The notes under the pieces are model-generated. The model was not told the origin of the DNA. It saw nothing but the letters and a program-made list of their open reading frames with translations, and made no database searches. A program made the position numbers and the translations under genes. This document shows, one piece after another, positions 27,401-38,380 of a stretch of DNA of 64,000 nt. This stretch comes from Macrostomum hystrix (lineage: Eukaryota > Animalia > Platyhelminthes), in assembly GCA_950097015.1 (NCBI GenBank), contig CATNEN010000039.1, positions 7,068,001 to 7,132,000 on the forward strand, given 5' to 3'. How positions within the stretch are numbered: position 1 is the stretch's first letter; every line of letters begins with the position of its first letter.

Positions 27401-28056
27401 AGGCACTCAGTTGCTACTTGTACAGGCACTCAGTTGCTTCTTGTACAGGCACTCAGTTGCTACTTATACAGGCACTCAGTTGCCTGTACTCAGTTGCTAT
27501 ACTTGTACTTGTCTTCACCCGCAATGTGCCACCCCTGCAATTGCCGCCGGCAGTGCTGACGATCACAACCCAGGCGTCGAGCGCCAAGTCCTCCCTGCCC
27601 AAAGTGTCCTACATCAAAGCCATCGACGTCTGGATGAGCGTCTGCCTCGGCTTCGTCTTCGCCTCTCTGCTGGAGTTCGCCATTGTCAACGTCTATAGCC
27701 GGGAGGACGCCACTCGGGCCGCCAAGAAGCGCCCGACAGCCGCCATTGCAGTTAGCAACCGAGCGCCTGGAAAACGGTCCGGCCTGCTGCGCCGCGTCAT
27801 GCGGAAACGCGGAGGCAGTGGCGGCGGCGGCAGCAGCGGACTGCGCATCCGGACGGACAGCAATTCGCCGGTGTTCATGCGGGACACGGTGCTCATGCTG
27901 GAGGACGATCCGCCGCAGGCGCCGCGACCGCCTCGCAGGCCGGTCCAGACGATGTCAACGGCTAAAAAGATTGACAAATTCTCTCGGCGCTTCTTCCCGC
28001 TCTCGTTCGCTCTGTTCAACGTGGTCTACTGGGTCTACTACCTCATCATGGCCTGA
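17465..28056 (+). CDS. Cys-loop ligand-gated chloride channel subunit, probably a lophotrochozoan-type glutamate-gated chloride channel
   Basis: Phase-compatible exons 17465-17559, 20482-20540, 20614-20681, 21003-21145, 25052-25141, 25248-25330, 25907-26112, 26417-26516, 27554-28056. Signal peptide [13 protein letters not shown]; [11 protein letters not shown]; [12 protein letters not shown]; Cys-loop [15 protein letters not shown]; loop-C pair [12 protein letters not shown]; M1 [18 protein letters not shown]; M2 [16 protein letters not shown]; [13 protein letters not shown]; M4 [21 protein letters not shown]. The first exon is the least certain. Confidence 0.93.
17806..17983. mobile_element. 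178-bp MITE, possibly P-element family
   Basis: Perfect 21-bp TIR CCAAGGACCACTAGAAGAAGA plus internal inverted similarity. Flanks read as TTTCCT/TTTCCT, or as 8-bp GTTTCCTC/GTTTCCTT with CAAGG termini. Confidence 0.75.
18079..18820. repeat. Imperfect ~40-bp inverted repeat pair (old MITE-like element) interrupted by a SINE
   Basis: ATTCAGCATCGTCAAGATATTCAGCGATTCCTGTCGGAG versus CTCCGACGAGAATCGTTGAATATCTTGACGATGCCGATT. Confidence 0.65.
18165..18739 (+). mobile_element. Full-length tRNA-derived SINE (family A) with a 13-bp target site duplication
   Basis: tRNA-like head AGGGGCGAGTGGGTCAGCGGCTAGCG..AGTTCGATTCTCCC with Pol III A/B boxes, tail AAATAGATA, and exact direct repeat GAACCTCTATGGC at 18152-18164 and 18740-18752. 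Confidence 0.88.
19478..20072. repeat. ~21-bp intronic minisatellite
   Basis: Unit TTGTCTAACAGGTTAGAAATC with variants. Confidence 0.93.
20720..20981. repeat. Perfect 16-bp intronic minisatellite (~16 copies)
   Basis: Unit GAATCTAGGATTCACA; fills most of intron 20682-21002. Confidence 0.96.
21187..23940. repeat. 21-bp intronic minisatellite with higher-order block duplications
   Basis: Unit TTTCCGAATTTCCATCTCCCA; blocks of variants recur. Source of the false ~1000-aa ORFs. Confidence 0.96.
24331..24926. repeat. (CA)n microsatellite followed by a 30-bp minisatellite (~16 copies)
   Basis: (CA)n at 24331-24447, then unit GAGCATAGAGACCCACAACTAACTGTATTT. Confidence 0.95.
25350..25802. repeat. 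34-bp intronic minisatellite (~13 copies)
   Basis: Unit CCCACAATACCTGACCTCTGGTCCTTCACTATGT. Confidence 0.95.
26164..26360 (+). mobile_element. Internally deleted tRNA-derived SINE (family B)
   Basis: A-box TGGCAAAGTGG and B-box-like GCTCGATTCC. CATTCATTTTGGGCGTAGCCGCGGAGAGAAGGCTTGG matches the reverse complement of 38261-38300, and the 3' part matches 38060-38115. Confidence 0.75.
26549..27166. repeat. 23-bp intronic minisatellite (~27 copies)
   Basis: Unit TGTGACCCTCAATTCGATCACAG. Confidence 0.96.
27170..27510. repeat. ~23-bp intronic minisatellite abutting the previous array
   Basis: Unit GCTACTTGTACAGGCACTCAGTT. Confidence 0.93.
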
Positions 28057-28904
28057 CCGCGGTGGACTCTTGTCCCACAGGGCGAACACTTTAAAGGGTT
28101 GTGTGACTGAAGACAGCACTTTCTCTGAAAACTGAAGCTTTGCTGCTTTGCCTCGGATGGCAGCATCAGGGACCAGGGGAGGCGGACACTGCACTTAAGA
28201 TCCGCAATATTGAATCCAGATCTCACCTCCTCCCCTCCCACCTGATCCCCCATTCCGATGCCCTGCTTGTACCATCGTAATCCCACCCTGATCCCCTGTA
28301 TATCCCATCGTAATTCCATCGCGGTCCTATCCCGACCCCCAACCTGACCCCAACCTAATCCCGACCTTTGTTCCGCGACAGATAAATCTCCCTCGACAGA
28401 ATCGAACAGCCTCCCCTGGTCCCAAAGTGGCGGGCATCATAAATGTACTGTTAACCATTTACCCACTTCAGTATGTTGCTATCGTGCAAACTTAAAAAGT
28501 GTATCCAAGCGAACACTTCCTAACAGTGTCCCTGTACAATGATTTCTTTCTCTTTTGTCCTTTCAAAACTGGTTGTGCGGTGAGATCAGTCATTGCGACA
28601 CCCGCAGTTTTACAAATAATTATTGCAACTTACTCAACATTTTCATATTAAACCATTGCCCCATAGTACGAGTATATTTGGTTTTTCTGCTTCGAAAAAG
28701 GTTGTACTTTTTAAGATTCATCTTATTCAGTTTTACGATGCATACAATTTGCCGATAGTCTAAAAGGGATTCAAACAGTAAAAAATCATTTAAAACGACA
28801 AATACACGACATGATAAATTTGTTTTAACTGGTATATCATAAATTCAGACTGACTCCAAACACCTGTTTAATTCTCACGTCTAACTTGTAAGAAAATATA
28901 GACA

Positions 28905-30359
28905 CAACAAAGATCCTGCCATCTCGCACGCCTAACCCCACTGCCCGCTCTTCGGTGTACAGCAAAGACCCTACCATCTCGCACCCGAAACCCCACTGCC
29001 CGCTCTTCAATGTACAGCAAAGACCCTACCATCTCGCACCCGAAACCCCACTGCCCGCTCTTCAATGTACAGCAAAGACCCTACCATCTCGCACCCGAAA
29101 CCCCACTGCCCGCTCTTCAATGTACAGCAAAGACCCTGCATGCCATCTCGCATGCCTAACTCCACTGCCCGCTCTTCAATGTACAGCAAAGACCCTGCCA
29201 TCTCGCACCCCAAACCCCACTGCCCGCTCTTCAATGTACAGCAAAGACCCTGCCATCTCGCACCCCAAACTCCACTGCCCGCTCTTCGGTGTACAGCAAA
29301 GACCGTGCCATCTCGCATGCCTAACTCCACTGCCCGCTCTTCGGTGTACAGCAAAGACCGTGCCATCTCGCATGCCTAACTCCACTGCCCGCTCTTCGGT
29401 GTACAGCAAAGACCCTGGCATCTCGCACCCCAAACTCCACTGCCCGCTCTTCGGTGTACAGCAAAGACCCTGCCATCTCGCACCCAAAACCCCACTGCCC
29501 GCTCTTCAATGTACAGCAAAGACCCTGCCATCTCGCACCCCAAAACCCACTGCCCGCTCTTCGGTGTACAGCAAAGACCCTACCATCTCGCACCCGAAAC
29601 CCCACTGCCCGCTCTTCAATGTACAGCAAAGACCCTGCCATCTCGCATGCCTAACTCCACTGCCCGCTCTTCAATGTACAGCAAAGACCCTGCCATCTCG
29701 CACCCCAAACCCCACTGCCCGCTCTTCAATGTACAGCAAAGACCCTGCCATCTCGCACCCAAAACCCCACTGCCCGCTCTTCAATGTACAGCAAAGACCG
29801 TGCCATCTCGCACCCCAAACCCCACTGCCCGCTCTTCAATGTACAGCAAAGACCCCAAACCCCACTGCCCGCACTTCAATGTACAGCAAAGACCCTACCA
29901 TCTCGCACCCCAAACCCCACTGCCCGCTCTTCAATGTACAGCAAAGACCCTGCCATCTCGCATGCCTAACTCCACTGCCCGCTCTTCAATGTACAGCAAA
30001 GACCCTGCCATCTCGCACCCCAAACCCCACTGCCCGCTCTTCGGTGTACAGCAAAGACCCTACCATCTCGCACGCCAAACTCCACTGCCCGCTCTTCGGT
30101 GTACAGCAAAGACCGTGCCATCTCGCATGCCTAACCCACTGCCCGCTCTTCGGTGTACAGCAAAGACCGTGCCATCTCGCATGCCTAACCCACTGCCCGC
30201 TCTTCGGTGTACAGCAAAGACCCTGCCATCTCGCACGCCAAACTCCACTGCCCGCTCTTCGGTGTACAGCAAAGACCCTGCCATCTCGCACGCCAAACTC
30301 CACTGCCCGCTCTTCGGTGTACAGCAAAGACCGTGCCATCTCGCATGCCCAACCCACTG
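28905..30359. repeat. ~55-bp minisatellite (~26 copies) between convergent genes
   Basis: Unit CCACTGCCCGCTCTTCAATGTACAGCAAAGACCCTGCCATCTCGCACCCCAAACC. Confidence 0.95.
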
Positions 30360-31002
30360 CGCTTATCCGCTCCATAGACATCGAATTTTAAGCCTAGCCG
30401 AACAAGTTTAGGCAACGAAACTCGCCGCTTTATGGTAACAATAAAGTGTATTGTATTTTTGTTTTTTTGTAATATTTTTGTAATATCTGCAGCATTTAGA
30501 TGTGCCATTTTCAGCACTAAGCGCACAAGAAATTTCATAAAAATAATTGTCGTACAGGTAAGGAATAGCAAAGTGGCATCTCAATGTATTCTGCTTTATA
30601 TATAAAAGTCACTAAGTCACAGGACTGAAGGAGTGAAAGTCAGTTAAAATATCAGATTACATTATTAAGATTCATTTATGTTACATTTTTAACATACCAG
30701 CCCAGCAAAACAGGCACATCTTGAAATATAAAATTTTCTTTCCTGAAATAGTTTTTTGGAGCGTGCCATTACTGTACTTGACAGACAACTTGCCTATGTC
30801 TGCTCAAACTAATGAGAACTTCTCAAATGTTCGGGGCAGAGGGAAAACATAGAAAATCCAATTAAGTGCATCGCATCGAAGCAGAGCTGATTCCATTAGA
30901 AAGAAAAGTTACAAAATTCAGAAGCAAATCACAGCGAGCTACTTGTACATATGTATGGCACATACTTTGCAATCCCCGAGAGTCCAAACCAGCTTGAGCA
31001 GC

Positions 31003-31690
31003 TCAGTTCTCAGCCAGGCGTCGCCACATCAGGCGGTACCACTGGTCGCCATTGTCGCTGTCGCCACTGCCCCCGTACAGCTGCCCGAAGCTCTGGTTCT
31101 GGTGCGGCTCGAACTCGTGCACCGAGTTGCTGGTCATGTCGAATCGAACTCCACGCCTTGGACCCGCTGATTGGCTGCGGGCCAATCGACTTCGATGACC
31201 TGGCTGCGGCTGCTGCGGCGGCTGCTGGCTTGCGGAAGCCGTTGGAGTTGTGGCTGACACATTGGATGCTGCATCGCCATCATCTGCCGATGCCTCATCA
31301 GTCGTTGGAGTTGCCTTCAATTGAATCTGCTGCTGCTGCTGCTGAATAATTGTAGCTCGCTGGGAGCCCCCAGCTGTGTACGGTCGGTGAATTGAAGTAG
31401 CGGAAACTCGCAACTGTGGCTGCTGCTGCTGCTGCTGAGTCTGTTGTGGCGGCTGCTTCGGTCCCAACGGCGGCTTTTTCAGTATCGACTTTATGGGATA
31501 GATCTCAGTGGTGCAGCTGCCCTCAGTGACAGAGACGAGTGGCTTTGCCGCAGCCGTGTCAACCGCAGCTGTGCCCGTCGGCGCTCCGTTGCTGGACGCT
31601 GCAGCGGGCGTCTCCGTTGCCTGCGCGTATGACGGAGTCGGCTTTGAGCGAGGCGACGGTGGAGGAAGAGAGGTAGACAGGTATTGCTGC

Positions 31691-31721
<31 letters not shown>

Positions 31722-31915
31722 TTTGTTGTTGCTGCGACTGTGGTTGTGGCTGCTGAGGCAGTGGCCCTTGAACATTCTTTAGCTGCTGCTGCTGCTGCTG
31801 AGGCTGCTCTTGAAGCCGGTTGAGAAAATTCATGTAAGAGAAACTGGTAACGCTTCCGCTTGTGCTGCTTGCCGAATGAGCAAAGCTTAGAGTGGCTGCT
31901 GTAGTCGTTGCTGGC

Positions 31916-31947
<32 letters not shown>

Positions 31948-33024
31948 GGCTGTCGACGTTGGCACCACATGCTTTGGAGTCTTGGGCGTTAGACCTGCTC
32001 TAGCAACCATCGACATGGGCTGCTGGGCCTGCGACATCTGCACTGGCTGCTGCGGCTGCCTGACAACGGAATTAGCCTGGCCCGCCGTTGCTGTTGTTGC
32101 TGTCATGGCGGTCGTGACAGCTGCTGAAGATCCCGTCACTGTGGGCAATGAAGTCGTCGTTGTAGGTTTAGTGTTTGTCGATAGAGGCGACGCGGCCGAG
32201 GCAGGCGCGTTTGAAGTTGTCGGCCCTTCGGCAGCCGAAACGGTGGCAGTACTTCCAGCACCGTTTGCGGCACTGTTGTCAACCTTCTCGGCTGTTGCTG
32301 ACGTCGTCTCCGTTGATGCCGGAGTGACGCCGATAGGTGGCGCCTCCACACCAGAAGAGGCTGACACGGAAGCAGCCGCCGCAGTTGGCCGATTCAACTT
32401 GCGGCCTGCTGTAGTCACTGTGTGATGATTCTGCTGTTGCTGCTGCTGCTGCTGCAACCCAGAGCTCGAAGGAGCTGCAGCTGCGGCTGCGGCTGCTGCC
32501 GCCACGCCGGCTGTAGTCAACGGAGTCGCGGCACGGCCTCGCAGAGCTGAAGGCGGCAGGTAGCCACCTTGACCGGCGGGCGGCTCCGGAGTTGGCGACC
32601 GATGGCGAGTGGCCACTCCGCTGAAGCCGCCGCGGGCGCTCCGAGGTCTACGCCGACCCGTGGCTCCGAAGATAGCGCTGTTAGAGCGGGTGGTCCCTAG
32701 CGGTCGCTGCTGCTGGCTGTGCGGCTGCTGCTGTTGCTGGAACTGGTGCGGATAGTGCAGCTGCTGGTGCATGCTCCTGTAGATTCCATAGCCGCTGGCT
32801 GGCCGATAGTTCGGCTGGTGCTGTTGGTGCGCCTCGGCTCCAGCCTTCGCCACGTAGCTGCCGTCTCGGAAGACGGCCAGGCTGAGCCACGGGTGCGGCG
32901 ACGCCTGCCGAGCTTCGATCTTTGCTTTCCAAGCGTTGTACCAGTGCGAGCCCACACCAGCTAGTTGCTGCTGCGGCTGCTGCTGCTGTTGCTGCTGCTG
33001 TTGAGACTGTTGATGATTGTTCAT
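31003..33024 (-). CDS. Intrinsically disordered Q/A/T/P-rich protein, candidate PP1-interacting protein
   Basis: Uninterrupted 673-aa ORF from ATG 33024. Not a tandem array: mixed-codon polyQ/polyA tracts plus non-repetitive islands (SHWYNAWKAKIEAR..PHPWLSLAVFRDGSY; PIKSILKK; RRGVRFDM; QWYRLMW). Confidence 0.75.
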
Positions 33025-35351
33025 AGCTTCTCCAATGCTGCTTTGAGAAGTTAGCAAATATTTAACTTGACGTGCTACAGATTTCGCGACATTTTCTTCT
33101 TCCTGTCAGCAGCCGCTATGAACCCTTCGCCTGGTTGTTGGTTTTTGTTGTTGAACTCTTGGGCACTCAGCACTCAATGTCGATTTGATTTTCGATTTGA
33201 GTCAAATTATGAATAGACTTGAAAGATCTATGATGATTATATTTTCTAAGAAGCGTGTGTTGCTCCTAACCGAGGAGGGTTGCTAAGGCAGGACTCTTTC
33301 TCTCCTCACCCCAGAAGCGGCTCGTGGAGGAGGTTGGGTTGCGGCGGAGCAGCGCACAATGTCTCTGCTAGTGGGTTTCTGGTGTCAGTGTCTCTAGGGC
33401 TCTCAAATAGGTCTCGGTGCAGATTGCAGAAATGGAAGCGTATTTGCAGGACTGCAGGACCGGGGCAGGGGACAGAGCGTTGGATGTTAAGCAAAAAAAT
33501 GACAACGATGATAAAATTTCGTGTCTAACTTAACAATCCATGCGAGGAGCAGCATCTCTCAGCCCTTCACCCTCACTCTCTCTCCCTCTATCTGTATTCT
33601 GTTGTGCTGGGTAGCTGGCTAGCACACACGGCTCTGTGCTCAGATGAGGCTGCAATGGCGGAATAATAACACGGCGACTGCCTGCAGTCGGGCGTACTTA
33701 GGGACTGCCGGAGGGTAGGCGGGTTGCTAGTAGGCGTGACGCAGGCAGCGTCTTTTGTGGTCTAAAATCGCCATACTTGAGTCCTTTTCCACTGCCCTCG
33801 CCATGCCCGCTACCTCCAACCCTCTCGGCACCAGAAGGGCTTATTGGGTGCAGTGCGGCCAAGCGGAGAGAGAGAGGCAGACAGGCCTCTGATATGGAAG
33901 AAGCGCTTTTAGCAGCGCAAAATATTTGATAGCTCTGAGGCCTGTTTGCGTATTGTGCAGTGCTTTTTCTAGCTTTTCGTGTGCACACAGTGCGAGCTTC
34001 TCATTGAGCCTTATATCATAGGCATGAAATTCGCGTACCCTGAACTTGACTATCCTACCCCTGCTTTTGTCTATGCTTGTCAAGCGGACTCGCTGCTATT
34101 TGTTTGTTTTTTGAGCTGTCAACTTATTTTCAGGAGGCCAACGCAGTGCTACCCTCCTGTCAGCTATCGGGGAGACGGTTCTCTCAGGCGAATCTGATTG
34201 GCTGGGACTAATGTCGGGACCATTTGGTACAGGGCCTTGTTCCGCTCTCGTCAGTTTGCGAAGCGTCGAGTCCAGCTGCAGCGTTGGTCTCTGAGCTCGA
34301 ATCCGCGACGAGGTCAATTAGATTCGGGGACTCAGCCGCATTTATCCCAACTTTAGAGCAAATTCCCAAATTACAGCGAGAGTGTACACTGAAGTATCTA
34401 AGCGTATGGTACTTTTTAGAGAAAATGACTGCATTCTTCTGAGTGCAGTTGGTCAGTGCAACATGTATTTTCTGTCAGCAATCAAAGCACAACAGTCTCG
34501 TCTTAGCCTCTTTTGTATAACGTCAACTATTCCAATCTCCATGACAATGAAACTTTTGCTACATCTCCTTGAGACATCTTGAGACACTTTGCATCTCTTT
34601 GGGCAGTCGTTTTCTCTTTCACACCCCTCGTCAAGGCCCCCGAGGAGAAAATGTTCTGAAAAACATTTGTTTTGTTTTGAGTTTTCTTCCCGAGTTGCCT
34701 TTGTGTAGTCGTTACCATGCACCACAGATCCTAAAACACCATCCGAAAACTAAGTTCAGAAAATAGAGGGCTCAAACAGGAACCGAAGTTCGACATCACG
34801 TTGAAAAATTTGACCATACTCCGAGACTATTGGCACTCATAAAAAACAGCAACTTCACACTTCAAAAAGAAAGTAAAAGCTGTTATGTCTAGCTTACTAA
34901 ACAATACAAAAGCTGTTCGTTGTAGGAAACGGTTCTGATATGACTTGATTGTATTTTTGTTTCTATGGATAAATCATCTGTAGGGCAAAAAATGAGCAGA
35001 AAAAAACTTAAAAAAACTCGCAAAGACGCAGCAAGTACAATCCAAGAGTGGATGATCACAGAATCTAAAAATTTAAAAGAGTGGCAGCTCGTAATTGGCA
35101 CGCAGGTCGCGTGATGGCACAGAAAGCAAAGTGCTAGTAAAGTTCTATTTCAAAAGTGCATTAAAAACTGGTTTGGAAAAGTCCATTAGTTCAAAGTGAT
35201 CAGCTATTCGGAAGCCCTGATAGAGAAGGTGTACGTAAAGAACTATTGGTCTCGCGCGATTTCCAACTCAACCCGTGCACTCAGAATCAAGTTATCAACT
35301 TTTCAATCACAATTTCGACATGCACGATTGACTCTTCGCTGCAAGCATCTC

Positions 35352-35440
35352 TCAGTCCTCCTGATAGTCTGGGGGCCCCTCGTCAGCATTAAGCTGAGGA
35401 CTGGCGCCAACTTGAGAGGATTTCTTGCTACTTTTGCTGC

Positions 35441-35471
<31 letters not shown>

Positions 35472-36979
35472 CTGACGGTCGCGAGTCTCGTAAATAACTA
35501 CATGCGGCTCATCATCAGTCTTGGTCACGTGATGAAAGATCACATTGGGTCGTCTCGGCGTCGTCGTCGTCGGCGGCGCTCTTCCGCCCTCGCCTGGTGG
35601 GTTGCTGCTCAGAAACCTGTCGCAGGCGCGCAGAAAGCGCAGGCAGCTTCGGCCGCAGTTGGAGTTTCCACGACAACAGCTTCGGCAGCAGTTCCGGCAG
35701 CCGGCATTCTTTCGATAATGGTAGACAGCGTAGCCGGATATTCCAATGAATATCAAGACTACAGTCATGCTGACGATGATCGCTGTCGTTTTGGACGACC
35801 CGAACTGCTCGTTGAAATCTTCCAGGCTGCAACACATTTGACTGCCGTGCGCGCCGCAACAGTAGATGTCGTCTCTATTGAATGCGTTGTCCAGCAGATC
35901 GTTGGGGCACAAAAAGTAATTGTACATGACGAAATCAGCCGAAGTTCTGTTCCCCTCGCCGGTTGCACTTGTCGGTGCGCTTGTCGTCGAGTTTTCCCAC
36001 GCAAGAAATTCGTCATAGGCGTATGAACCGTTCTTGCTGACTGCATCCCAGCGAACCAGCCCGCTGCAGACTGCGAATTCTTCCACCACGCCATCATATA
36101 GGACCTCCCGACTGGCGAATATGTGCGGCCTCACTGGGTTGGCGATGTACACGGAGCCTGCTAGCAGAATGGCCCGCTTGTTGCTGGTGATACCGCTGCA
36201 TACAGATTGGATTTCAATGCTCTTAAGCATGTCTCTGAATTCGTCAGAAGGTACAGTCTGAGGTCTTACCCCATGCCTTCGGTTGACAGCTTTAGTTGAC
36301 CTTTGTAAACTGATGAGCGGCTACTATAGAAGTATGAGTACCGCGTCGATCTCTGAAAATCCGCTTTAAAAGATCTACAAAATCATTGGTGACGATTTTA
36401 GTCTGAGTTTAACGAGCTCGCATATTTAATTCATAACAGCGATACTTATACATGAAACATAATAACTTAATTTTAGACATTAAAGAACTTTATTTAACTG
36501 CGAGTATCGAGTCGAGGGCAGGTGTGGAGCAATGATTCTTACCTAAGTGACCGGTAGCTGCCGCTTCGGAATCTGGCACTGCTGTACGAGCGACCTCCAC
36601 CATAACGAGCTGCTTCGCTTGCTTCTGATGGAACAAAATAATATTATTTTAAAATTTCTACTAAAAAGTTGTGCTACATTTTAGTTTTGCTAAAATTTAA
36701 CTTGGACTGGACCAATAGGCCGGGCAATAGCCACAGATAAATCAATTGCCTTATAGCTTAGATGCGCTACGAATGTTTATAAAGAGCCATATTTTTGTTA
36801 CATTAGTTCAATAATACACTCATGTATAATATTTATTCACCATTCATGTGTTTTTTATTTATAAGACACAGAAGGTATGTCTTTTATATAAAATATATTT
36901 TTTAAGAGAGCAGTGTAATAAACTTACGAAAGTGCAGCGCAATTAAGAAGCCTAGAATGAAAAGAAGTTTTATACTCAT
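35352..36979 (-). CDS. Single-pass membrane protein with a six-cysteine Shisa/WBP1/VOPP1-like domain, paralog A
   Basis: Exons 36979-36928 (signal MSIKLLFILGFLIALHF), 36624-36543, 36374-36270, 36195-35352. Cys pattern C..CP..CCG..CC (FLCPNDLLDNAFNRDDIYCCGAHGSQMCC), TM helix AIIVSMTVVLIFIGISGYAVY, Cys-rich juxtamembrane segment, C-terminal PPDY. Confidence 0.85.
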
Positions 36980-37834
36980 AATTATTGAAATAATTCTTAA
37001 ATATAGAACGAGTAAAATATATATGTCACCTCACTAACTTAAAAGTAAGTTAAAGTGCAAGTTTTGATCCAATTTTAATTGGAATGTCGTCTCATATGAC
37101 AATTTTACTGAAAAATGTTGCTCTTGAACAATTGAAGTTTATTATTTTATAAACTCATTTTGGTTAAGCAAACAATCAAAGTTAAGTATACTTTAATTAA
37201 TTTTTTGTTTTAGTTTTTAACATTTCACGCCATGGTTTTTAATATCGTGGTTTTGTCTGATGGTTGGTAAACGCAAGAGAAACTATTTTTAAACGGTTAG
37301 ATTTTTTCTCAGGTTTTCCAGCTTTTTAAGCCTGAGTTCACACACCAACGTACGAAGGTTAAAAAGCAAGTCGCATAAAATTGTCCAATTGTCCAAGCAC
37401 TATAAATCCACAGCCCTTTTTTCAGTATGATCGAAATCACGTTTGCATAATACTTTTATGCATGCTGAATTTTTATTGCATGCTGAAGATTTCATAAGGA
37501 CATACAGCATTACCCTTTTAAATTCTTGCAAATATATACATAAAATATATTCAAATATAGTTTAGATTTGAACACGGAGATATTGCGATGGTACGTGTCA
37601 CTTATTCATGATCTGCTATATAAAGCTATAAACGTACATATGACTCTTGAATACATAATGTCTACTACCTAACTAGTTTATGTACGTCTGCCTCAGACGT
37701 ACGTCTGAGGTTTTTGCCTGTAATCCCTTGTTATAATGCAACTTCACACAAAATAGATTTTGTGAAAGATTCTTAGATTGCCTACCTGTTTAGCCACCTC
37801 AATTAACCTACAGATAGCACCAACTTCTGCACTT

Positions 37835-37965
37835 TGCTGATAGCCCCATCCACCTGCTGATAGCCCCATCCACCTGCTGATAGCGTCATCCACCTGCTGA
37901 TAGCCCATCCAACTGCTTATAGCCCCCATCCACCTGCTTATAATTAACCCCCACCTGCTGATAGC
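37835..37965. repeat. Short ~20-bp tandem repeat
   Basis: Unit TGCTGATAGCCCCATCCACC, ~6 degenerate copies. Confidence 0.85.
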
Positions 37966-38052
37966 CTCTCGACGAACGGTTATCCAAATGTTGATAGTCC
38001 TATTCTTATCGACCTGCTGATTAATAAAAATAAAAATCTTTGCATGAGGAGG

Positions 38053-38380
38053 GCTGCGGGCAATGGCACATCATTTGTTGACACTAGACCCGCAGCCAGC
38101 GAAGAGGCATATCTCACCATTTCGCTGACTCCTGAGCACACATGCTAACAGATAACGTACACAGGCACACACTCACACACAGGCGTGTACATCTGCCCTG
38201 ACTTTCTCATCGTCAGTGTACCCTCTCACTGTGCCTTGGAGGTTGCACATGTCCACTGCACCAAGCCTTCTCTCCGCGGCTGCGCCCCAAATGAATGTGG
38301 CCTTGCCGCGGAATCGAGTTCAGGGAACTTGGTGCGAGAGACAAACGCGTTAAAAGCTCTGCTACTCAGATCACCCCCCC
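38053..38380 (-). mobile_element. tRNA-derived SINE family B, most complete copy in the window
   Basis: Head region matches 26164-26277 in reverse complement; body matches 2787-2971. Confidence 0.78.

Noticed and set aside
31444-32964. Poly-Cys/Val/Ala ORFs on the + strand
   Set aside because: Antisense shadows of the CAG/GCA tracts of the Q-rich gene; likewise ORF 35196-36026 opposite paralog A.
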